In this document: positions 40,092 through 52,341 of the stretch, one piece after another | Position numbering within the stretch: the stretch's first letter is position 1 | How the letters are laid out: each line of letters starts with the position of its first letter | Assembly: GCA_951406725.2 (NCBI GenBank) | Contig: OX597820.1 | Location: forward strand, 100,440,001 to 100,504,000 | Length of the DNA: 64,000 bases | Direction of reading: 5' to 3' | From: Octopus vulgaris | Lineage: Eukaryota | Made by a program: the position numbers and the translations under genes | The notes under the pieces: generated by a model | What the model was told of the DNA's origin: nothing | What the model saw: the letters and a program-made list of their open reading frames with translations, nothing else | The model's database searches: none

Positions 40092-41029
40092 ATATATGTA
40101 AGGTCATTCTTGTGCTACTGGTTGATTCATCACCAACTAAACCAGCAAGGTCAAGTTGTCAGCAATTAAACTTTGCTGCACAAGGAGGGTTACTTTTCGA
40201 AAAATTCTGTGAAAGGAAAAACAAGACCTGTCAAGGGACTGTTGTGGTGGAATCCAAACACCCCCCATGAATGGAGGGTTCTGAATTGTATAAATACACA
40301 TGCATGCTGGGGATAGAGAACAGTGTCGTATGTGCAACCATATATTATACAGAGAGTTGTAGAAGCTAAAAAGAAGAAATATCATGGATTACATGATTTG
40401 ACAGTTGGTGCATGAATATACCGGAAGTCTGCAGCCATAATAAAATATCATAACAGGGACAACAAGGATTTGAACTACACACAATGGAAATATTAAAAAT
40501 CCTCTCACTTTGTAAAAGCGGTGACATGGATTCTAATTTCATGCACTTCATAACAGTGGAGTTGAGGTTTTCGAATTTTGCACAGCAAAAAATAATATAA
40601 AACCACCCACATCATAATAGTGAGACATTCAAAGTTCTTAGCATGCAAGAACTCTTAGCCTCTGTGATACAGCAACAACAGGAGATCCAATGGCCCAATG
40701 GTTAGGGCAGCGGACCCGCGGTCGGAGGAGCACAGTTTCGATTCCCAGACCAGGCGTAGTGTGTGTTTATTGAGCGAAAACACATAAAGCTCCACGAGGC
40801 TCCGGCAGGGGGTGGTGGCGACCCCTGTTGTACTCTTTCGCTCCAACTTTCTCTCACTCTTTCTTCCTGTTTCTTGTCTCCGACTTCCTACGCAACTGCT
40901 GAGCCTGGATGCACATTCATCCATCCATCGATGTTCTCGGTGTCGGGGGTTGACCTGCTTTCTCTTCTGTGGATCTTACGAATAGCAAAGGACCACGTTT
41001 CGGACTTCTCCCACTCTGGGACGAAGACC

Positions 41030-42435
41030 ACTTCACTCAACAAACAAACAAACAAACAGCAACAACAACAGTTGCAGCAGCAATTTCTACAGCAGCATCA
41101 AGAACAATGGAAACAGCAGCAAACTCAGCAGTTCTTTGAATTATTGCTGCAACTGAAGAACACATTAAATTTATTTTTGGTGGATGGAGTAGCTAATTCA
41201 ATTGAGGAATTTGTTTATAATCCTGAAGAAGGGATTATGTTTTCAGCATACTTTAGAAGTTATGAGGAAATATTTAAGGAAGAACATAAAAGTTGGGTAG
41301 AAGAAGGTACAAATGGGGAAATACAAGATCAAATATTAACAAAATTTGAGCAAGATACTAAATTAACTTTATAAACAGTGGCGGAAGAATGCCAAAAGAT
41401 AATTAATCTATGACAAGACAAAAAAAAAACTGATGGGCACTATGCTTGCGGATACTGATTTCACTATAGCATATTTGAATGACATACTCATAAAAAGTGA
41501 GTCTAGAGACCAGCATTAAGAACATGTTAAAATGGTTTTTGATAGGATAAAGGAATATGGATTCAAACTTAGCAAAGAAAGATGCGAGTGTTTTATGCCA
41601 GAAATAAATTATCTGGGACAAGTGATTGATAAAAATGGTCGAAGACCAGATCCTGTAAGAGCGACAGCAATAAAAAATATGCCACCACCGAAAAATATTA
41701 CATTACAAACGTTCTTGGGGCTTGTGAATTATTATACTGAACATGCATGAGTTAAATGCATCCTTGAACAACCTATTGAGAAAATGATGTTATATGGTAT
41801 TGGTCTGACCGATGCCAAAAGGCATTTCAAAAAATTAAAAAGGTTTTAACATCAGAGCTATCATTATTGCATTATGATTCAAAACTAAAAATAATAGTAG
41901 CATCAGATACTAGCGAGAGTGGGATCAGAGCAGTAATTCTACACAGGTTTGAAAATGGTAGTTTAAAACCTATTACACATGCATCATATTCATTGTTATC
42001 AGCTGAAAAAAAACTATAGCCAAATTGAGAAGGAGGCAGTAGCCATCAATTTCACAAATTCCTACATGGAAAAAAAAATTCAGTCTGCAAACAGAACACT
42101 GCCTTTGTTTTGATTTATGGATTGAAAAAGGGTATCCCCACATACACACAGCCAACCGATTGCAGTGCTGGGGGACGATCCTGCTAAATTATGATTTTAA
42201 GATGGCACAATCGAAAAATTTGGGACATGCAGACAGACTGTCAAGATTGATCATTAAGTACAATGAACTGTTAGAGAGGACAGTAATAGAATCACTAAAA
42301 CCTGAAATAGAAGTAAAAAATATACTCTGCAATGTAGTACATGAACTACCAGTCCCATTAGATGAATTAAAAATTAAAACAGAGAAAGATGTGCTTATAG
42401 ATAAAATGGAATTTTATGCTTATTCTAACTTGTAA
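41030..42435 (+). mobile_element. Gypsy/Ty3 LTR retrotransposon relic (Q-rich gag, RT C-terminus, RNase H)
   Basis: Poly-Q plus FVYNPEEGIMFSAYFRSYEEIF (gag); RIKEYGFKLSKERCECFMPEINYLGQVIDKNGRRPDP (RT); IVASDTS and YSQIEKEA (RNase H); deleted and frameshifted. Confidence 0.82.
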
Positions 42436-42494
42436 TGGTTTATATTTTTTTAATTGACATTTTTGTTTCAGTTTCTATATGTGACTATTTAATC

Positions 42495-43550
42495 ATGCCA
42501 TGTACAAAAGAAGCCTTGGAACTCTCTGAATTCCAAAGAGGCCATATTTGAGGATCATTCTGATGGTGGACATAGCATAAAAGTGCAGAAAAACCTTGGG
42601 ATCCCACAAGTTTCAATTCCCAGACCGGGCGTTGTGTGTGTTTATTGAGCGAAAACACCTAAAGCTCCACGAGGCTCCGACAGGGGGGGGGGGCGACCCC
42701 TGTTGTAGTGATTGTGCAATTCACTAGAGAGGAGAAGGAGTCCACATCACCTCACCCCAATCAACCAGGGCCCTCTGATAGGACTCTTCTCTTTGCTAAG
42801 GGAAGTGTGGAGGATAACCCACGTTGCAACGCCTCTGAATAAGTTGATGTCAGTCCCAGAACAGCTGTCAGGTATCTCCACAAAGCAGCAAGAAGGAAGC
42901 CACTTCCTTGACCAGCCAACAACAAGTGGAGAAAAGATTGGGCCAATGAGATGGTGGAGAGACCATTAGCATTTTGGGACACTGTCATATTCTCTGATGA
43001 GTCCAGATTTGCTGTATTTCCTGACAGTAGTCGAGTGTGTGTCAGGAGACTGTGATCAAGAATTTGATGTGAAAAGATTCTGGCCACCAATGAAACATGG
43101 CAGCTATTCTGTGATGTTCTGGGGAGCGATTTAGAGCAATGGTTGAACAGATCTGGTGGAGTATGAGGGAAACATAACCTCAGATAAATGTGTCTATATT
43201 GCAGAAAGGACTCCTTCCAATATTCTCCAGTGGTGAATTGATTAAAGAAGACTCCTTATTTATGGAAGATGGGGCTCCTTGTCACAAGGCTAAAATGACC
43301 CAAAATTATTAAAAAGTTTCTATGGCCAAGCCAGTCACCAAATATGAATTCTGTTGAACTCTTCTGGGACATAATGTACAGGGCACTTCATAAAATGAAC
43401 AAGAAAGCATCTTCAAAGACAAATCTTTTGAGATTACTACATGAAACTTGGCAAGAAATTCTCTAAGTGAATATTTGTCATCTGATCAGTAACATGCCTA
43501 ATAGAGTCCTTGCATTGAAAAATGCAAAGGGCATGTCTACTAAATATTAA
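42495..43550 (+). mobile_element. Degenerate Tc1 transposase interrupted by a SINE fragment (about 42608-42710)
   Basis: MPCTKEALELSEFQRGHI..., IFSDESRFAVF, FMEDGAPCH, WPSQSPNMNSVE..., AKGMSTKY*; many stops and frameshifts. Confidence 0.8.
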
Positions 43551-43745
43551 ATATTCACATTATAACAATTAATAAATAATTTGGATGTATAATTTCAAAT
43601 TTAAATAAATTTCAATGATTATTAGTGTCTATTTACTTCTGTCATGTCCGTGTATATGTATACATATACAAACACACATATCACACACACATATGTACAT
43701 ACATATATATATGTATACATACATATATATGTATATATACACATA

Positions 43746-43800
<55 letters not shown>

Positions 43801-43811
43801 TATATAGAAGG

Positions 43812-43862
43812 AGCTTCTACAGGACTAGTACTGTTTCATTCAAGAGAAATCTTCAGGAAGCT
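43812..43862 (-). ncRNA. Minimal type-I hammerhead ribozyme motif, reverse-complement twin of 47143-47193
   Basis: Exact reverse complement of the 47143-47193 motif at the left end of the palindrome. Confidence 0.8.
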
Positions 43863-44783
43863 ATTTAACAAGAATTGTATTAGCATTTATACATTTAGGC
43901 AGGTTTAAAGGAGTGGTGGTGGGGGACTTTTTGGGGGTAGGCATAGCGCAAAATATCATACTGGGGGAGTGGTCAAGGAGTCAGTGGTAAGTTAGATGAA
44001 AGAATAGATAAATAAAATAAAAATAAAAATATATAAAAAAATAAAAAAATATAAAAAATAATAATAAAAAATTAAAAAAAAATAAAAAAATAAAAAAATA
44101 AAAAAAAATAAAAAATATAAAAAATATATATAAAAAAATATATATATAAAATATATATATACAAAAATATATATATAAAAAAAGGGGGGATAGAGTTATA
44201 GGTAAATAAGGAGATTCTCACTTATACCTATACACACATGTATACGTATCTACACACACATACATACATACACATATATATACACACACATATACATATA
44301 TACATATATATACATATATATACATACCTACACATACACACATACATACATACAAATATACATATACATATATATATATACAATCCAATACAGGCCCATT
44401 CCCTAATTTTAATTTTATTATCTTCATTTATTACTTTTGTTATCTTTGATCGCTAGGGCTAAGAATCCTGGCAATGGCTGCATGTCCATTTGTCTGTCTA
44501 CTAGAAGGCAAGTACTCATTCCCGCACGCACACTCATTAGCACGTACATTCACCCATTCGTACACTCATACACATACACGTACGCACGCGTTATATTCAT
44601 ACATACAAACATCTACATACGTTCACGTATATACACATACGTACTCGTACCTACAGATTCGTGTCTACACTTTAGGAGGCTAGTCTATACATATACACCA
44701 ATAAATATACATATATATATATATATACCCGCATATACATACACACACACACATATATACTCCTACATACAGATACATACCTA

Positions 44784-44831
<48 letters not shown>

Positions 44832-45329
44832 CACATACATACACATACACACATACATATACACACACATACATACACATATATATACATACACAAACAT
44901 ATATACACACATATATATATACATACACACATACACACATACATACGTATACATACATACATACATCCATACATCCATACTTACATGCATTTATACGCAT
45001 ACACACACCCATCTATATATATGTATATATATATATATATATATATACACACTCACACATACATATACAAATCTACGCACACACATACATACATACACGT
45101 ATACGCATACACGCACATACACATATACATGCGTACCCATACACGTGCACACACGCACGCGCATCCATATATATACACACACACACATATATATACACGT
45201 GTGCAAGCATACATACATACTCATACGCGCACACATACTTACAAATACATATATGCACACACTTACACACATATATATACATACACATATACATGCATAC
45301 ATACATATATGCATACATACACACACGCA

Positions 45330-45383
<54 letters not shown>

Positions 45384-45432
45384 TATATACATACATAGAT
45401 ATATATACACATACATACACATACACATACAT

Positions 45433-45479
<47 letters not shown>

Positions 45480-45687
45480 TACATATATACACATATACAT
45501 ACATATACATACACACACACACATACATATATACATATACACTGATACACATACCCATACATACACATGCATATACTTATATCACTACATACTCACATAT
45601 ATAAACATATATACATATACACACATACATATATACATGTACATACACATACGTATGCATATATATATATATACATATATATACACA

Positions 45688-45726
<39 letters not shown>

Positions 45727-46179
45727 TACATACACACATATACATGTATACATACGCAAAAATGATACACATATATACACATACACACACACAGACAGAT
45801 GCATATACATACATATATATATATAAACTACATATCTATATAAATACATACATAATACACATATACACACATACACATGTATGGGTACGCATGTATATGT
45901 GTATGTGCGTGTATGCGTATACGTGTATGTATGTATGTGTGTGCGTAGATTTGTATATGTATGTGTGAGTGTGTATATATATATATATATATATACATAT
46001 ATATAGATGGGTGTGTGTATGCGTATAAATGCATGTAAGTATGGATGTATGGATGTATGTATGTATGTATACGTATGTATGTGTGTATGTGTGTATGTAT
46101 ATATATATGTGTGTATATATGTTTGTGTATGTATATATATGTGTATGTATGTGTGTGTATATGTATGTGTGTATGTGTA

Positions 46180-46229
<50 letters not shown>

Positions 46230-47142
46230 GATAGGTATGTATCTGTATGTAGGAGTACATATGTGTGTGTGTGTATGTATATGCGGGTATATATATATAT
46301 ATATGTATATTTATTGGTGTATATGTATAGACTAGCCTCCTAAAGTGTAGACACGAATCTGTAGGTACGAGTACGTATGTGTATATACGTGAACGTATGT
46401 AGATGTTTGTATGTATGAATATAACGCGTGCGTACGTGTATGTGTATGAGTGTACGAATGGGTGAATGTACGTGCTAATGAGTGTGCGTGCGGGAATGAG
46501 TACTTGCCTTCTAGTAGACAGACAAATGGACATGCAGCCATTGCCAGGATTCTTAGCCCTAGCGATCAAAGATAACAAAAGTAATAAATGAAGATAATAA
46601 AATTAAAATTAGGGAATGGGCCTGTATTGGATTGTATATATATATATGTATATGTATATTTGTATGTATGTATGTGTGTATGTGTAGGTATGTATATATA
46701 TGTATATATATGTATATATTATATATGTGTGTGTATATATATGTGTATGTATGTATGTGTGTGTAGATACGTATACATGTGTGTATAGGTATAAGTGAGA
46801 ATCTCCTTATTTACCTATAACTCTATCCCCCCTTTTTTTATATATATATTTTTGTATATATATATTTTATATATATATTTTTTTATATATATTTTTTATA
46901 TTTTTTATTTTTTTATTTTTATTTTTTTTATTTTATTTTATTATTATTTTTTTATTTTTTTATTTTTTTATATTTTTTTATTTATTTTTTATTTATCTAT
47001 TCTTTCATCTAACTTACCACTGACTCCTTGACCACTCCCCCAAGTATGATATTTTGCGCTATGCCTACCCCCAAAAAGTCCCCCACCACCACTCCTTTAA
47101 ACCTGCCTAAATGTATAAATGCTAATACAATTCTTGTTAAAT

Positions 47143-47193
47143 AGCTTCCTGAAGATTTCTCTTGAATGAAACAGTACTAGTCCTGTAGAAGCT
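47143..47193 (+). ncRNA. Minimal type-I hammerhead ribozyme motif (Penelope-like pLTR)
   Basis: AGCUUC-CUGAAGA-U(UUC ucuu GAA)U-GAAACAG-uACUAGUc-CUGUA^GAAGCU: perfect 6-bp stem I, intact core, GUA triplet, palindromic stem III loop. Confidence 0.8.
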
Positions 47194-47328
47194 CCTTCTA
47201 TATAATAAATTAATTTTACTCTGCTATGTATTGAGTACCTTACTTACTGTGGTTAACCCCGAATCAACCCGGGACCTACATATATATATATATATATATA
47301 TACACACCTATACATACACATATATATA

Positions 47329-48571
47329 CAGGGGCTGGACAAAATAATGGAAACACCTTAAAATTTGAAACAAATTTATTTTAATATGGGGCAGGACTGC
47401 CTTTGGCAGTAATTACAGCTTGAATTCTACGAGATATGGACTTGTACAAAGATTGAATTCTTTCCAAAGGAATGTTTGTCCATTTTTCAGCTAAAACAGT
47501 CTCCAGTTCTTGTAGTGATGATAGTGGCAGGCATCAACTTCATACCTGTTTTTCTAAAATGCACCATAAATGTTCAATAATATTGAGATCTGGGGTCTGT
47601 GGTGGCCAGATAAGATGTTCAACTTCACAAGAATGTTCCTCATGCCATTCAGTAACAACTTTAGCTGTATGAATTGGTGCATTATCATCCTGAAAGATTG
47701 CGTTTCCCTCTGGAAACAGTTCTGCAACCATAAGATGAATTTGATCAAACAAAATGCTTAAATAGTCTTCATTGTTAACTTTGCCATGAAGGGAAACCAT
47801 TGTGCTGGTGGATTTCCAACATATAGCCCGTCCCACAGATCCTTCTCTATGTTTAACAGTTGGAAGAGAGCAGTCTGGGTCAGATGTTTCTTTTGGCTGT
47901 CTCCATGCATTTACTTGACCGGTGATCATAAATAAAGTAAAGGATGACTCATCCAAAAAAATAACATTCTTCCACTGCTCTAGGGACCAATTCTGTAGGT
48001 TTTTACTCCATTCTAAATGCTTTGCAACGTTTGTTTTTGAAAGTAATGGTTTTTTGATTGCATCCCTCCAATGAAATCTGGCTTTGTGCAGCTCCTGGCG
48101 AACAATTTTTGTGGAAACTGGGTTCTCAATGTGGTCATTAGGCTCTGCAATAATTCTGGGAGCTGTTCTTTTGTGATCCTTTCTAACAATTCGCATAAGA
48201 GTCCAACGGTCCCTATCTGAAAGTTTTGGTTTTCTTCCGGAGTTTTGTTTCAATGAGTAGGTTTTTTTCCCTCTTTCTCAAAGGCTGTCATTACTTTTGA
48301 TATACCAAATATTTCGGCTGTTTTAATTATGCATGAACCTGCCATACGAGCACCAACAATTTGACCTCTTTGAAAGGCCAATAGATCTGTCATTTTAATG
48401 AATTTTAATTACCTTTTTCTGAAAAGAAACAGTAATTTTAGCAAAACATATTAAGCAACACTAGTAATAAATCAAAAAGCACAAAAATAAACAAACTTTT
48501 GACAGTTTTATAGATATTTCAAAATTATGATGTTATGTGCTAGGTGTTTCCATTATTTTGTCCAGCCCCTG
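47329..48571 (-). mobile_element. Full-length Tc1-superfamily transposon with DD36E catalytic spacing (Incomer-like); transposase pseudogene 48393-47381
   Basis: Perfect 30-bp TIRs CAGGGGCTGGACAAAATAATGGAAACACCT, TA target duplication; motifs FQRGQIVG, GRKPKL, IFLDES, FQDDNAPIH and PDLNIIEHLW with 36 residues between D and E; one frameshift and one internal stop. Confidence 0.92.
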
Positions 48572-49172
48572 TATATATACATACATACATATGTGTGTGT
48601 GTGTGTATGTCCTTTCACTCTGTGCTTTCCTCTCATTTTCAATCAAATCTCCTTTGTGTTAACTTGGCACCCCTTGACAACAATGTAACCTTCATTTGAC
48701 TAAGATATCTTAGGCTTGATGTGTAGCTAGTGAAGCACTCCTCGTTGAGTAATTATTTCTTCCGAGGTTCTGCTAGCTAGGAAACATATAACCTGGATTT
48801 TACCTGCTCTGTTCTCTCAACAAGTCATACTTTACTACAGATAATACTTTACTGCAGCGGCCTTTGCCGGTTAGAGAACTTATTAATTTAATTTTAAATT
48901 TCAAATGAGGGTGAGAAATTATATATTAATTTAATTAACATCGATTTCACACCAGTGGTCTACGGATAATTACGTAAGTTGTGTAAGTAAGATTACATAA
49001 TTTGTTGATAGTGAGACATGTATACGAATAATCCATACTTTTATTACTTTTTCTTTTGTCTTGCTCGATTACGTTTTGGTTGTTTTGCTAGATTTTTCTT
49101 GAGAACATTTCTTAGTGGTGAGACCGTAGCAGATCTATTTCTAGCATATGGGTGTCCACATAGTGGTTTCCC

Positions 49173-49223
<51 letters not shown>

Positions 49224-49278
49224 AAAGGTGTAGCGTTTGTAAGAGTCTAGATTGAATTGATATATCGGTTCCATTTTA

Positions 49279-49330
49279 GCAAAAACTGTCTGATGAACGG
49301 CAACGAGAAACTCAGAGTAACAGATTTTGT
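49279..49330 (+). ncRNA. Minimal type-I hammerhead ribozyme motif (Penelope-like pLTR fragment)
   Basis: GCAAAAACUGU-CUGAUGA-aCGgcaaCGa-GAAAC-UCAGA-GUA^ACAGAUUUUGU; canonical core, stem I about 10 of 11 paired, AATAAA downstream, flanked by (TA)n. Confidence 0.8.
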
Positions 49331-49355
49331 TGAATTTTCTGCTGCTTTAAATAAA

Positions 49356-49390
<35 letters not shown>

Positions 49391-49391
<1 letters not shown>

Positions 49392-49942
49392 GAGCAAAAT
49401 GCCCCCTGTCCATTGGACGGTGCTGAGTTGTCAAACATTTATACTAAATTTTCTCAAAACAACTTGTCCGACCGTCCCAGAGGTCTCCCCTTTGAAAAAC
49501 ACTGATTTAACCTAAATTTGAGATACCAGCAAAAGAAGAAATAAAGGTAGACATTTTTTCTATTCCAAAGAAAAACGATTTTATTCACACAAATATGCAA
49601 CCGAAGAGTTTAAAGTACCAGTAATGATAAGGCTGTTGACTGGGAGAACACAAACATGATTTAAATAGTAAGCTTGGCAGGAAAGAAACATGCCTTTAAA
49701 CAGTACAAAAACAACAAAAATGGAAGGTGCAGTTATGTACAGGTTGACGGAAGAAAAGCAAGACAAAAACAGCTTTATAGATCACATTCTCACCTGGAAT
49801 TGATTTTTGTAATTTTCTCAAGACTTATTCACGCCTGGATACCATCAGTATCTACATATCAAATTTGAGCACAATCAGATGGAGGATGCCCAAGATCCTA
49901 GAAGACACACACAGACAGACAAAACAGATTCTATATAATAGA
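49391..49942 (-). mobile_element. Helitron-like non-autonomous element
   Basis: Minus-strand A|TCTATTATATAG 5' end; CCGTCC-AAT-GGACAG hairpin followed by CTCG|T (CTAG variant). Confidence 0.5.
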
Positions 49943-50022
49943 TATATATATATATAAGTGAGAAAGTTGGTGTGTGAAAGCACGTGGTTGAATATATAGT
50001 TTTTTCACTTTTTACTATTTTA

Positions 50023-50087
<65 letters not shown>

Positions 50088-50144
50088 GAAATATTAAAAT
50101 TACTAAGTCTCTTTAAAAGAGATTACGACAGCGTTTCTGGAAAT

Positions 50145-50359
50145 TAATAGTTATCGCCATACTAATATGGCATTCTTAAAAATAAGAATAAAGCTGTCGC
50201 TGATTAGCTCCATGAAGCGGCTGACCTCCCCTGTTCGAAGGTTTAATAACGGACGCAGTTTGTGTGTCAAGTAGCTAGCTTGAGGCGATGGCTTCATGGA
50301 GTTAATCAGCAACAGCTTTATTCTTATTTTTAAGAATGCCATATTAGTATGGCGATAAC

Positions 50360-50364
<5 letters not shown>
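50145..50364. repeat. 74-bp near-perfect inverted repeat with 72-bp spacer (pLTR-derived or MITE-like)
   Basis: taatagttatcgccatac...ctccatgaagc versus gcttcatggag...ggcgataactatta; lies between (TA)n tracts. Confidence 0.8.
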
Positions 50365-50451
<87 letters not shown>

Positions 50452-51194
50452 GGAAGTGAGCTGGCAGAACCATTAGCATACTGGGCAAAATGCTTAGTGA
50501 CATTTTGTCCATCTTTACATTCTGAGTTCAAATGCTGTGAAGGTAGACTTTCATTTCCTCACACTTGATAAAATAAGTACCAGTTGAGTACTGGGGGTTA
50601 GAACAATCAATTTACGTCCTCTCCTGAAATTGCTGTCCTTGTACTAAAATATGAAACCAATATGGACCACTGGTGATGGTGCCATGTATAAAGCACTCAC
50701 TACACTCTGTAAAGTGGTTGGTGTTAGGAAGGGCATCCAGCTATAAAAACCAAACCAAAACAGACTTTGGAACCTGTTGCAGCTCCTGGCCTTGCCAGTT
50801 CCTGTCAAGTCATCAAATTTATGCCAGCATGGAAAGCAGACATTAAATGTTGATGATGATGGTGATATACATATTGCTCTTTTAGTCAGGAGGAAAAGCT
50901 GTGCTGATAACCTCCAAGACTGGTGGAATGAAGGCAGGAAGGTAATAAGGTGTTCTCCAACTGGAGACCTGCCCAAATGCTTGCAATTGAGTGAACTCTA
51001 CAAAAAGTTGTCAAGGTGCCATGTAGACTTGTAAACTGGACAAAAGAAAGAGTCTGCCACCCATGTAGATCATGGTGGAATTAGAACTTGGAACACAAAG
51101 AACTGAAATAAATGTTGTAAAGTATCTGATCTGATGTTCTTACAATTCCATAATTTCAATCTCTTGGACTGGTAGGTCTTATTATTATCTCCAC

Positions 51195-51228
<34 letters not shown>

Positions 51229-51245
51229 GTTGTTGTTGTTGTTGC

Positions 51246-51285
<40 letters not shown>

Positions 51286-51298
51286 ATTATTATTATTA
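51195..51298. repeat. (TTA)n/(TTG)n trinucleotide microsatellite
   Basis: Direct inspection. Confidence 0.95.
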
Positions 51299-52341
51299 AG
51301 GTGGCAAGCTGGCAGAACTGTTAGCAAGCTAGGCAAAATGCTTAGCGGTTATTTTGCCTGTCTTCATGTTTTGAGTTCAAATGCCACCGAGGTCAACTTT
51401 GCCTTTCATCCTCTCAGAATTAATAAATTAAGTACCAGTGAAACACTATGGTCAATGTAATTGGCTAGTCTCCTCACTACCACCAAGTTCCAGGCCTTGT
51501 GCCTATAGTAGAAAGAATTATTATTATTGTTAATAAGGCAGCGAGCTGGCAGAATCATTAGCATGCCAGGCAAAATGCTTAGTGGCATTCGTCCATCTTT
51601 ATGTTCTGAGTTCAAATTCTGCCAAGGTCAGCTTTGGCCTTCATCTATTTAGGGACGATAAATTAAGTACCAGTGAAACACCAGAGTCAATGTAATCGAT
51701 TTATCCCCTCTCCATAAATTTCAGGCCTTGTGCCCTTAGTAGAAAGGATTACTATTATTGACATAGATGAACACGACAAGAGTCAGTGAGTCTGAAGAAA
51801 TACTTGCTATTCAACATACTAATGGTTAATCCTCCTCCTCCTCCATCATCATCATCATCATTGTCATCATCACATTTAACATCCGTTCTCCATGTTCGAA
51901 TAGGTTAAGTGGTCTGACAGTATCTGATCCACAGAAACCAAGCTTTGCCATGGTTACTGTGGCCGATGGCCTTCCTAACGCCAATCACTTAATCATGTTG
52001 GGTGGGGTTTTTTCAGGGTATTGGCTCTTGTGAGGTCAAAATGTAGCTCACAAGTCTAAGATCCCCTTCAAGTGAGTGGGACTATTATAAAGAAAGATTA
52101 GAAAGCATGGATACAAGAGAAGCGGAGAGAGAATGATGATACAATACCTTTTCTAGTCTAAAAGAAGCATAATAGTGGGTGACAGAAATTTAAATTAAAG
52201 TATGAAACGAAAATTTTTGCTTACTTAGACAGATCCATTGCTTATATAATAGTAAATATGAACTTATAAATTATATATTTTTCATATAAAACTTATTGAT
52301 ATTTTGATAACAATTTGTAATACTAATTATTGATATTTCAG

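Larger units (their letters stand above)
43795..47210. repeat. 3.4-kb palindrome: arms 43795-45143 and 45878-47210 with a spacer of about 730 bp; inverted Penelope-like pLTR pair
   Basis: Unique segments match as reverse complements (the same peptide starts ORFs 44437+ and 46578-); hammerhead at both outer ends; body mostly (CA/TA) microsatellite. Confidence 0.9.

Noticed and set aside
40763-41374. 203-aa ORF as a host gene
   Set aside because: Chimeric read-through from a SINE into a decayed Gypsy gag
44449-44521. [10 protein letters not shown] / CLLEGKYSF peptides faintly resembling a PLE GIY-YIG C-terminus
   Set aside because: Needs a frameshift, is very short, and lies opposite to the hammerhead orientation; needs an HMM search
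44437-46578. 442-aa and 333-aa ORFs (and many YI/CV/HT-repeat ORFs elsewhere)
   Set aside because: Stop-free translations of dinucleotide microsatellites inside the palindrome; not credible proteins
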